From positions 1-62,800 of the forward strand of contig CAXGMH010000002.1 in NCBI GenBank assembly GCA_964010795.1: a stretch of DNA of 62,800 nt, given 5' to 3'. The DNA is from an uncultured Alphaproteobacteria bacterium (GTDB taxonomy: Bacteria; Pseudomonadota; Alphaproteobacteria; Micavibrionales; UBA9664). The notes beneath the pieces were generated by a model. That model was not told the origin of the DNA and did not search any database. It saw only the letters and a list, made by a program, of their open reading frames with translations. A program made the position numbers and the translations under genes. This document shows positions 47,817-56,156 of this stretch, piece after piece; position 1 is the stretch's first letter; every line of letters begins with the position of its first letter.

Positions 47817-48341
47817 ATGTCACAAAATTTACCCGTCATCAGAAATGACTTTGAGGCTGTTTGCGGCATGGAAGGAGCGAAAAGGGTCAGAGTTTCCAAA
47901 TCGGCCATACACCCCGTGCGCAACGCTACTCCCGGCGAGGTTGCTCTCAACAAAGAGATCGCCAAAGACAACGATATTGCAATCATGCCCCGAGATACAA
48001 AAAATGCCACCGCCGAGGCATTATATTTCATGAGCTCGCAAAAATTACTGAGCACATCGGAACACAAATATACAGATGATGAATTGGCTTATTGGAGCAT
48101 TGAGTGCAAGCCTGTTGATGCTGTGATTGTACCACTATCCCAAGGCCCATTCCATCTTGAGGCGCCAAGAGGATGGCTTAATCACCAAGGTTGGGACGTT
48201 AGAGAAGCATCAGGTTTTGATACGCCGATCCTTTTTCAGATGGCCGGCTTTTTAATCATCAAATCCAAAGACGGCATATTCTATGACAAGCCAAACCGAA
48301 AAGACGGCCGCTTCCGCGTGATCGACTATAATCTCGATTAA
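47817..48341 (+). CDS. Hypothetical protein
   Basis: 174 aa. AAGGGAG lies 6 nt upstream of ATG 47817. No recognisable motif. Confidence 0.5.
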   Translation: MSQNLPVIRNDFEAVCGMEGAKRVRVSKSAIHPVRNATPGEVALNKEIAKDNDIAIMPRDTKNATAEALYFMSSQKLLSTSEHKYTDDELAYWSIECKPVDAVIVPLSQGPFHLEAPRGWLNHQGWDVREASGFDTPILFQMAGFLIIKSKDGIFYDKPNRKDGRFRVIDYNLD

Positions 48342-48344
48342 ACC

Positions 48345-49289
48345 ATGATAGAATTTATCTGGCATCCGCCGACCGCCGACTTATACAGCCATTACCTCAA
48401 TAAGGTCACGCAACCAAATTTGTTGCAATCCTATCCCTATGCGCTGGCCATCCGTAAAACCCAGTATTTAGCGCCAATTCCAGCCACTATCATAAAGGAC
48501 GGGAAGGAAATCGGTTTCTTCCAAGCGTTTGAAGCAAAAACCGTTTTCGGGGCATTCCATGTGATAACGCTTGATCGTGGGCCATGCTGGTTCAAGGGTG
48601 CAGGCAGTGACGAAGATTGGAAAATGTTTACGAAGGCGCTCAATCACGCTTTTCCCAAGCGCTTTGGCCGCAAGCGACGTTTTATGCCGGAACGCCACTC
48701 AGATCAAAGCACCGAATTTTTTGAGGTGAGTGGCTGGCATAAACGAGAAAAGGCCGAAGCCTATAAAACACTATGGCTTGACCTCACCCCCAGTCTTGAA
48801 AATTTACGCGCAGGGCTGGCTCAGAAATGGCGCAACGCCCTCAACAAAGCCCAGCGGCAAGATATCGACATACAAATCAAACAAGACATCACTGCTCAAG
48901 CCTTGTTCCTGAAACACTACCTACAAGACCGTCTGGACAAAAAATATGCCGGTGCCTCTCCTGCTTTCTTAAAAGTACTGATGGAGACGGCGCAGCATAC
49001 AGATGATCTGATAATTGCCGAAACCTATCAAAAAGGTCGATTGATCGCTGCGCAGCTTTTCATCACACACGGCAAAGCCGCCACCTATCAGGCAGGATGG
49101 TCATCACGGCAGGGCCGCGCCAGCAACGCACACACGCTTTCGCTATGGCAGGTTATGGAACAATTAAAGGATAAAGGCGTTATATGGCTTGACCTTGGCG
49201 GCATTCGCCATACTGATAATGAAGGTCTGACTCGTTTCAAAAAAGGAACAGGCGGGCAAATCATAACTTTGACCGGACAATATGGATGA
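48345..49289 (+). CDS. FemAB-like GNAT-fold protein
   Basis: 314 aa. WRNALNKAQRQ and the C-terminal HGKAATYQAGWS...LDLGG region resemble the FemAB/BioF2-like acetyltransferase (Acetyltransf_6) family. Confidence 0.5.
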   Translation: MIEFIWHPPTADLYSHYLNKVTQPNLLQSYPYALAIRKTQYLAPIPATIIKDGKEIGFFQAFEAKTVFGAFHVITLDRGPCWFKGAGSDEDWKMFTKALNHAFPKRFGRKRRFMPERHSDQSTEFFEVSGWHKREKAEAYKTLWLDLTPSLENLRAGLAQKWRNALNKAQRQDIDIQIKQDITAQALFLKHYLQDRLDKKYAGASPAFLKVLMETAQHTDDLIIAETYQKGRLIAAQLFITHGKAATYQAGWSSRQGRASNAHTLSLWQVMEQLKDKGVIWLDLGGIRHTDNEGLTRFKKGTGGQIITLTGQYG

Positions 49290-50095
49290 TAAAATTCACA
49301 GCTGCGCTTCTTTTCTCCCTCTCACTTTTCAGCTATGCCGCTCACGCCGAACAACAGCAAGATATCCGTAATTACAGCTATGCCGTTTATGCGGGTGGCT
49401 TTTATGTGCTCGATGCCGATATGACCCTGACACACACAGATGACACCTATGACATCCATCTCGACACCAAGACACACGGGCTTCTTGACCGTGTCGTCTC
49501 TTGGGCAGGCATATTTGAGACTACAGGCGAGATCAAAGGTGATGAAAGACAAGTCCTCGAACACAAATCCACAGCCACTTTTCGAGGCGACACGAATATT
49601 AAATCATACGCCTATAACCCTGATGGCCAATTCAAATCTTTGACCCTGACCGATCACGAAAAAAACAAAGAACCTGTTACAACCGTATCAGACATTAAGC
49701 CTGAGCTTGCCGATGGATCGACCGATATCCTAACGGCTATGTTGTCCATGATGAGTGATGATGCACCCTGTAATGACAGGGCAGATGTCTTTGACGGCAA
49801 ACGCCGCTTTGAGATCGTCTTCCGCAAACTTGATGACACGGTTTTATCGACCAGCCGTTATAACAGCTATGGCGGGCCTGCATCCGTGTGCGAAATCGAA
49901 ATCTTCCCTAAAGGCGGGAAATGGCATGAAAAGCCGAGAGGCTGGCTCTCGATACAAGAACAAGGCCGGGAGAAAGGCCAACTTCCAAGACTATGGGTTG
50001 CGGAAATAGACGGTCTTTACGTACCAGTCAAAATCCTCGTTAAAACAAATTATGGTACCTTTCTCATGCATAAATCCGATCAGGTTGTCCATTGA
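49286..50095 (+). CDS. Secreted protein, possibly DUF3108
   Basis: Has the signal peptide MIKFTAALLFSLSLFSYAAHA. Its ATGA start overlaps the upstream stop. The DILTAMLSM...VFDGKRRFEIVF pattern is DUF3108-like. Confidence 0.45.
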   Translation: MIKFTAALLFSLSLFSYAAHAEQQQDIRNYSYAVYAGGFYVLDADMTLTHTDDTYDIHLDTKTHGLLDRVVSWAGIFETTGEIKGDERQVLEHKSTATFRGDTNIKSYAYNPDGQFKSLTLTDHEKNKEPVTTVSDIKPELADGSTDILTAMLSMMSDDAPCNDRADVFDGKRRFEIVFRKLDDTVLSTSRYNSYGGPASVCEIEIFPKGGKWHEKPRGWLSIQEQGREKGQLPRLWVAEIDGLYVPVKILVKTNYGTFLMHKSDQVVH

Positions 50096-50143
50096 ATTTT
50101 AACCAAATTAGGTTAGGATTATAGTTTCAAGGAAAGGAAGCCT

Positions 50144-50893
50144 ATGACAATGCGATCGCAGCCCCAAAACGAGCTTACAAAGGGGAATGTTCTATTCATT
50201 ATCTTGCTGGCCGTTGCACTCTTTGCAGCACTGACCTACGCCGTGACAAGAGGGGAACGCGGCGGTGTGGTTGATATTACCGCAGAGAAGGCTGAAACAA
50301 TCTCGGCACAAATCATACAATTCACCAGTCTGGTTGAAACCGCCATGACACGTTTAAAGTTATCCAATGGTTGCAGCCCGAATCAAATCAGCTTTAACTA
50401 TGACAGCGACGCCGATGGCAACTTTATGGATGCAGGCGATCTTTACAACAACACCTCAAGCCCGACAGATCTATCTTGCCATATCTTCCACCCCAGCGGT
50501 GGCGGCATTGCCTATATAGAGCCAGCAGATGAATGGCTCGACAGCACACAATCCGCCGAAGGAATGTATGGAGAATGGGTCTTCACCGCCGCTAATACCG
50601 TTGAAAATATCGGGCTGGATGCCAATGCCGATATGGTTGTTTTACTGCCCTATCTGAACCGAGAAGTCTGTGTGCAGATCAATGATAAATTAGGTGTTGC
50701 GAGTGCGCCCGCCAACCCGCCTGCCGAAGGTTCGAATATTGATATGACACGCTATGCAGGCACGGTCTCTTCCTCGCCTTCCGCAATCTGGGACACTTCG
50801 GCCGATGGACGTGAAGCCGCCTGTCTGACCGCAAGTGATACAACACCAGCCTCCGGGTCTTACTTTCTCTATCACGTTCTGGAACCGCGATGA
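50144..50893 (+). CDS. Pilin-like secreted protein, paralogue P1
   Basis: A short basic leader ending in KG, then NVLFIILLAVALFAALTYAV, an amphipathic helix and 4 Cys. The C-terminus is SGSYFLYHVLEPR. Confidence 0.4.
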   Translation: MTMRSQPQNELTKGNVLFIILLAVALFAALTYAVTRGERGGVVDITAEKAETISAQIIQFTSLVETAMTRLKLSNGCSPNQISFNYDSDADGNFMDAGDLYNNTSSPTDLSCHIFHPSGGGIAYIEPADEWLDSTQSAEGMYGEWVFTAANTVENIGLDANADMVVLLPYLNREVCVQINDKLGVASAPANPPAEGSNIDMTRYAGTVSSSPSAIWDTSADGREAACLTASDTTPASGSYFLYHVLEPR

Positions 50894-51582
50894 ACAAACA
50901 AAAAGGCAATGTCTTATTTATTATCCTTCTAGCCATAGCGATGCTGGGTATGCTCACAGCCGTCGTTACTCAAATGACGAGCAGCGATATGAAAGGACCG
51001 GATGCCGAAAGACTTGGGCTTAAGGCTAACGAAGTCTTGCAATATGCCGAATCTCTGAAAGCTGGTGTCGAGCGCGTCTATGTACAAGGGCGCCGCTCAG
51101 AAAGCGAAATCCGTTTTGCCCATCCCGATCTCGATGCCAGTTATGGAGATGTATCCAGCCTTGATCCGGAACAAATGGTCTTCCACACGCGCGGAGGCGG
51201 TGTGGATTACCGCGATCCGCCTATCGGCGTGAATGATGGCTCCGCATGGTTTTTCACAGGCAGCTCTTGCATTCCTTTAATCGGCACAGGCACCGCGACT
51301 GACTGCACAGGCTCGGGTGCGGCATCGGCTGAATTGCTCGCCATCTTACCTAATATCACCGAAGAATTTTGCACCGCGCTGCGCAAACGACTGGGCAGAA
51401 CAGGCAGTATTCCCCAAGATAGTGACACAGCCTATGACAGCAGCGATGAACATTTTGCAGGAAGCTTTTCCGCCTCTCATGCTATTGCCAATCTGGATGG
51501 ACATTCAACCGGCTGCTTTGAAGGCGATACAACACCTGCTTCAGGCAGCTATCATTTCTACAAAGTTTTACTCGCGAGATAA
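50890..51582 (+). CDS. Pilin-like secreted protein, paralogue P2
   Basis: MNKQKG then NVLFIILLAIAMLGMLTAVV, with 4 Cys and the C-terminus SGSYHFYKVLLAR. Its ATGA start overlaps the P1 stop. Confidence 0.4.
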   Translation: MNKQKGNVLFIILLAIAMLGMLTAVVTQMTSSDMKGPDAERLGLKANEVLQYAESLKAGVERVYVQGRRSESEIRFAHPDLDASYGDVSSLDPEQMVFHTRGGGVDYRDPPIGVNDGSAWFFTGSSCIPLIGTGTATDCTGSGAASAELLAILPNITEEFCTALRKRLGRTGSIPQDSDTAYDSSDEHFAGSFSASHAIANLDGHSTGCFEGDTTPASGSYHFYKVLLAR

Positions 51583-51597
51583 GGGAACAAAAAACAT

Positions 51598-53040
51598 ATG
51601 GAACTGTTTACCCATGACAAAATCGGTCACAGACGCGCTACAAAAATAGTCGCCACTCTTGGCCCTGCCAGCAATCACCCCGATATGCTTGAATCTCTTA
51701 TACAATACGGAGTTAATGTCTTTCGCGTTAATTTCTCGCACGGCAAAAGCGACGATCACCGGAAAACAATCTCGGATATTCGTGCCATTGAGAAACGCCT
51801 CGGGCGACCAATTGCTGTTCTTGCCGATCTGCAAGGTCCGAAACTCAGGATCGGCACCTTTGCAAAGAGCTCAGTCGGTTTAAAGAAAGGACAGAGCTTT
51901 TGCTTTGACCTTGACCCAAAGCCGGGGGATGAAACACGCGTTTGCCTTCCGCATAGGGAAGTACATGATATTTTAAATGAAGGTGACAAAATCTACCTTG
52001 ATGACGGGCGCGTACGCCTGCAAGTCACGGGCAAGAGCACAAACACACTTGAGACAAAAGTACTGGCGGGTGATGCCCTTTCCGACAGAAAAGGGTTCAA
52101 CCTGCCCGGCCTCAAACTGCCTATACCGGCTTTGACGGAGAAAGACAAAGCGGATTTAAATACCGCTCTTGATGCCGGATGTGACTGGATCGGCATGAGC
52201 TTTGTACAAACGGTCGAGGACGCCCAAGAAGGCAAAGACCTGATCGCAGGTCGCGCCAAACTGATGGCAAAAATTGAAAAACCCGCGGCCCTGCATAACT
52301 TTGAAGGGATCCTTGATGTCTGCGACGGGATCATGCTTGCACGTGGTGATTTAGGTGTTGAAATCCCGGCCGAAGATGTGCCGTCTGTTCAAAAACGCAT
52401 TGTTGCCTTGTGCCGACAATCTGCAAAACCGATTATCGTTGCAACCCAGATGCTTGAATCTATGGTCTCAAGCCCTATTCCGACACGCGCCGAAGCCTCT
52501 GATGTTTCTACTGCGATATATGACGGTGCCGATGCGGTCATGCTTTCCGCAGAAACGGCCGTGGGTAGTTACCCGCTTGAGGCTGTATCCATGATGGATA
52601 AAATCGCCCACCGCGTTGAACAGGACAGTATTTACCGCAAGATGGTTGATAATGCCCCTATACAAGCCAGAGAAGGCGATGCGGGTGACGCATTGATGAT
52701 CGCTGCGGAGCAGGTCGCACAAGACATTGAGGCTGATGCCATCGTCACCTATACAACATCCGGCTCGACTGCCTTGCGTATCGCACGCTTACGCCCTTCA
52801 ATGCCTGTTTTATGCCTGACGCAAAACGAAGATACAGCACGTTATCTCTGCCTTGCCTATGGCGTTATGGCTGTGCATTTCCCGAATGAAATCGGCTTCG
52901 AAGATGTCGTCGAGAAAGCGCGCAATATTGCTTTGGAGAAAGAGCTGACGCAACAGGGCGGCAAACTCGTTATCTCTGCCGGTGTCCCCTTTGGCACACC
53001 CGGCACCACCAATACATTGCGAATCGAAATTCTATCCTAG
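51598..53040 (+). CDS. pyk: Pyruvate kinase
   Basis: Contains TKIVATLGP, NFSHG, MLARGDLGVEIP and MLSAETA motifs. Confidence 0.93.
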   Translation: MELFTHDKIGHRRATKIVATLGPASNHPDMLESLIQYGVNVFRVNFSHGKSDDHRKTISDIRAIEKRLGRPIAVLADLQGPKLRIGTFAKSSVGLKKGQSFCFDLDPKPGDETRVCLPHREVHDILNEGDKIYLDDGRVRLQVTGKSTNTLETKVLAGDALSDRKGFNLPGLKLPIPALTEKDKADLNTALDAGCDWIGMSFVQTVEDAQEGKDLIAGRAKLMAKIEKPAALHNFEGILDVCDGIMLARGDLGVEIPAEDVPSVQKRIVALCRQSAKPIIVATQMLESMVSSPIPTRAEASDVSTAIYDGADAVMLSAETAVGSYPLEAVSMMDKIAHRVEQDSIYRKMVDNAPIQAREGDAGDALMIAAEQVAQDIEADAIVTYTTSGSTALRIARLRPSMPVLCLTQNEDTARYLCLAYGVMAVHFPNEIGFEDVVEKARNIALEKELTQQGGKLVISAGVPFGTPGTTNTLRIEILS

Positions 53041-53061
53041 CCTATATCAGGTGAGATGATT

Positions 53062-53367
53062 TTATTCAGCCAAATCCAGGACAAGATTCCCCGTGCTGTC
53101 ATAGCTCAGCAAGCGTCTAACCTTTGCCGCGACATCAGGGAAAATAGAACCATCGAAATCTATGATATCTTTTTCAATTAAGGCCACCTCGACCTCAGGC
53201 GGCAAACTGATTTTACGTCCCCACGCCATGCGGTAAATCAGGTTCATCAACGCCGTATGCTTATAGTGAGAAATCAAGAAACGCTGTATTTCACACTGAT
53301 TACGTTTAACGACAAGTTTCTTGCCGGGCTGGCTTCCGCCATTGAGATATTGTAAATAAGCGACCAT
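53062..53367 (-). CDS. Hypothetical protein
   Basis: 101-aa ORF with no motif recognised and a weak ribosome-binding context. Confidence 0.35.
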   Translation of the reverse strand: MVAYLQYLNGGSQPGKKLVVKRNQCEIQRFLISHYKHTALMNLIYRMAWGRKISLPPEVEVALIEKDIIDFDGSIFPDVAAKVRRLLSYDSTGNLVLDLAE

Positions 53368-53531
53368 GACACCCTCCGTGGTTTGCTAATTACTAAGAGC
53401 ATCCCCAGACTTTTTCAATCTGAAATCACCCTTCTTCTTCACAAATCTCCCCCACAGAGATATCCTTAGAATACGATTAAAAGTTTAATAAAATTTTAAT
53501 TTTATTTTATTTATACAGAAAGTTTATATTT

Positions 53532-54326
53532 ATGAGACAGTATCATGATTTAATGCGCCATGTCCTAGACACAGGGACAGATAAGTCAGACCGCACGGGA
53601 ACGGGGACACGCTCTGTTTTCGGATATCAAATGCGCTTTGACCTAAGCGAAGGTTTTCCGATGGTCACAACAAAGAAACTGCATTTACGCTCGATCATTC
53701 ATGAGCTGTTATGGTTTCTCTCCGGTGACACCAATATCGGATATCTCAAAGAAAACAAAGTACGCATCTGGGACGAATGGGCCGATGAGAACGGCGATCT
53801 GGGCCCTGTTTACGGATATCAGTGGCGCAGCTGGCCAACCCATGACGGCCGCATGATAGACCAGATCAGCAAAGTCGTTGACCAGATTAAAAATACACCG
53901 GATTCGCGCCGTTTAATTGTATCGGCATGGAACCCGGCTTTTATCGAAGAGATGGCGCTCCCGCCTTGTCACACTATGTTCCAATTTTATGTCGCCAATG
54001 GCAAGCTCTCCTGCCAACTTTATCAGCGCTCTGCCGATATCTTCCTCGGTGTGCCGTTTAACATCGCCTCCTATGCCCTGCTAACTATGATGATGGCACA
54101 GGTTTGCGGCTTAGAAGCCGGTGATTTCGTTCACAGCTTCGGCGATGCGCATCTTTACTCAAACCACTTTGAACAAGCCGAGCTGCAACTCTCGCGCGAG
54201 CCGCGCGCCTTGCCGACAATGCGTATCAACCCCGAAGTCAAAGACATCTTCGGCTTCAAATATGATGATTTTACATTAGAGGGCTATGATCCCCATCCTC
54301 ATATCAAGGCTGAGGTCGCAGTTTAA
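53532..54326 (+). CDS. thyA: Thymidylate synthase
   Basis: Contains DRTGTGT, the active-site PPCH in [10 protein letters not shown], and [21 protein letters not shown]. Confidence 0.96.
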   Translation: MRQYHDLMRHVLDTGTDKSDRTGTGTRSVFGYQMRFDLSEGFPMVTTKKLHLRSIIHELLWFLSGDTNIGYLKENKVRIWDEWADENGDLGPVYGYQWRSWPTHDGRMIDQISKVVDQIKNTPDSRRLIVSAWNPAFIEEMALPPCHTMFQFYVANGKLSCQLYQRSADIFLGVPFNIASYALLTMMMAQVCGLEAGDFVHSFGDAHLYSNHFEQAELQLSREPRALPTMRINPEVKDIFGFKYDDFTLEGYDPHPHIKAEVAV

Positions 54327-54868
54327 TGCCCCCAAAAGATTCGTCAATCAAACTGTCGATCATTGTCGCTATGGCCGAGAACCGTGCCATAGGCAAAGAC
54401 AATGCCTTGCTGTGGCACATTCCAGAAGACCTGAAATTTTTCAAGGAACAGACTTTTGGTCATGCTCTGATTATGGGACGCAAAACCTATCAATCTATCT
54501 ACGATATGCTCGGCAAGCCTCTGCCGAGACGCTATTGCGTAGTCCTGAGCCGTGACGATAACTATAAAGTAGAGCCTGCAAGCGGCTGTGTTACCTCCTC
54601 TCTTGAGGAAAGCATTGAAATAGCTAAAGAATTTGCAAGAAAAAACAATCAAAGTGAAGTCTTTTGTGCCGGTGGCGGCACAATCTATGAGCGATTATTA
54701 CCCTTTACAGACCGAATTTATTTGACAAATATTCAAAAAAGCTTTAATGGGGACACGTTCTTTCCCGAACTTGATATGAGTAATTGGGAGCAAACACAGT
54801 GTCGACAAGGCCAAGGCAAGGATGAAACATCTCTGTCCTATCAGTTTTTAACCCTTGATCGCAGCTGA
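54326..54868 (+). CDS. folA: Dihydrofolate reductase
   Basis: Contains IVAMAENRAIGKDNALLWHIPEDLKFFK and LIMGRKTY. The start overlaps the thyA stop. Confidence 0.9.
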   Translation: MPPKDSSIKLSIIVAMAENRAIGKDNALLWHIPEDLKFFKEQTFGHALIMGRKTYQSIYDMLGKPLPRRYCVVLSRDDNYKVEPASGCVTSSLEESIEIAKEFARKNNQSEVFCAGGGTIYERLLPFTDRIYLTNIQKSFNGDTFFPELDMSNWEQTQCRQGQGKDETSLSYQFLTLDRS

Positions 54869-54906
54869 ATACATAATAGCTATTTTTGATTTAAGGGATA
54901 AAGCCC

Positions 54907-55131
54907 ATGCAACAGTATTTCCACCTTCGCGGTTTTAAATTGCCACGCCCTCGCAATGACAATCCTGCGCCGGCTCAAGATTTTACAGCCGATGAGCAAT
55001 ATGTCCTTCGTCGCATGGCACGCGGTGAATTCGTGACACAGGAAAATAGCGGCTTGAACGAAAAAGAATGGCTAACCCTTATGACTCGCCTTGGCCGCTC
55101 AACAGGCTCTGACCAATCTGCAAACGCATAA
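54907..55131 (+). CDS. Hypothetical small protein
   Basis: 74-aa ORF with no motif recognised. AAGGGA lies upstream. Confidence 0.35.
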   Translation: MQQYFHLRGFKLPRPRNDNPAPAQDFTADEQYVLRRMARGEFVTQENSGLNEKEWLTLMTRLGRSTGSDQSANA

Positions 55132-55160
55132 AAAAACCGCCGAGATAAATATCTCGACGG
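55131..55160 (-). terminator. Rho-independent terminator of the phasin gene
   Basis: On the minus strand: CCGTCGAGATA TT TATCTCGGCGG followed by TTTTTT. Confidence 0.65.
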
Positions 55161-55195
55161 CTTCTGGTCATCTAATTTCAGCGATAACGTAATTA

Positions 55196-55921
55196 TTACG
55201 CTGCGCGTTGTTTGGAGGCCTTTTCAACCACTGTCGTGATTTTCTTATTCAAAGGTTCAGCAGCGTCTGTACAGATTTTAATGTATTTCTCGGAAATCTG
55301 CGTCGCGCCGTTAAGCGTATGGTTCAAAGAAGATTGAGCCAATTTGTTTTGCTTTTCAGTGAATTCATTCAAAGAGCGGCAGCTCATCAAATCTTTGAAA
55401 GACGCCATTGTTTGCTCTGTGGATTCTTGTGACCAGCCCATCATTGCCTGCATAAGGTCTTGGTAACCTGTCGCAGCGATGTTCGAGCTTTGAACCATAG
55501 CGTCAAAAAGCTCACGGCTGAATTCATTGGCTTGCTCAAAGCCCTGATATGTCTGTTTTGTAATCTGCTCAAAATTTGCAGTGTTCTGGTTAGATGCAGG
55601 CATTGTAACCTCCTCAGGTTTCAGTTTAGGTGCTGTCGTCTTTTTACGAGCAGCGGGTTTGGTTTTACGCGATGTCTTGGCTGCAGCGGTTTTCTTTTTT
55701 GCAGCTGCAGGTTTGGACATCTTTGCCGCCTTTTTAGAAGCTTGCGGCTTTGCTTTCGGTGCAGATGCGGATTTCGCATCCACGCCTGATTTAACTTCTG
55801 TTTTCTCTACGCGCTTGGCTGTTGTTTTAGCTTCGCTAACAGCAGCCGTTTTTTTCGACTCTCGCTCGACCTTAGCATTTGTTTCCGTTGCTTTTTCTGG
55901 CGTATTTGGTGTTTGCGCCAT
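55196..55921 (-). CDS. Phasin family protein with a Lys/Ala/Pro-rich N-terminal extension
   Basis: The C-terminal 130 aa (FEQITKQTYQGFEQANEFSRELFDAMVQSS...) look Phasin_2-like. The N-terminal 105 aa are AKKxAAxK repeats. Confidence 0.7.
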   Translation of the reverse strand: MAQTPNTPEKATETNAKVERESKKTAAVSEAKTTAKRVEKTEVKSGVDAKSASAPKAKPQASKKAAKMSKPAAAKKKTAAAKTSRKTKPAARKKTTAPKLKPEEVTMPASNQNTANFEQITKQTYQGFEQANEFSRELFDAMVQSSNIAATGYQDLMQAMMGWSQESTEQTMASFKDLMSCRSLNEFTEKQNKLAQSSLNHTLNGATQISEKYIKICTDAAEPLNKKITTVVEKASKQRAA

Positions 55922-55947
55922 GTCTATATCCTTAGCATTATCAAAAA

Positions 55948-56020
55948 TTGTTCACTGCACAATAATTATAATTTAATACGAGAAAGGGTCTTTGTCAACG
56001 CTATTTTGTGCAACGCACAA
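55948..56020 (-). promoter_or_regulatory. Phasin promoter flanked by two operator-like inverted repeats
   Basis: On the minus strand: TTGTGCGTTGCACAA (56020-56006), then TTGACA (55998-55993), N17, TAAATT (55975-55970), then TTGTGCAGTGAACAA (55962-55948). Confidence 0.45.
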
Positions 56021-56156
56021 TCGTATGCAGTCATACTATTCCTGCATTCAACCACATAAGATTTTAAAAGCAAATCAATGACTCGCCATAAACAAAGATA
56101 TAGGTTAGTATAATCACTTAGACGTAAGATGATAATAATATCAAAAAAACATAGCG

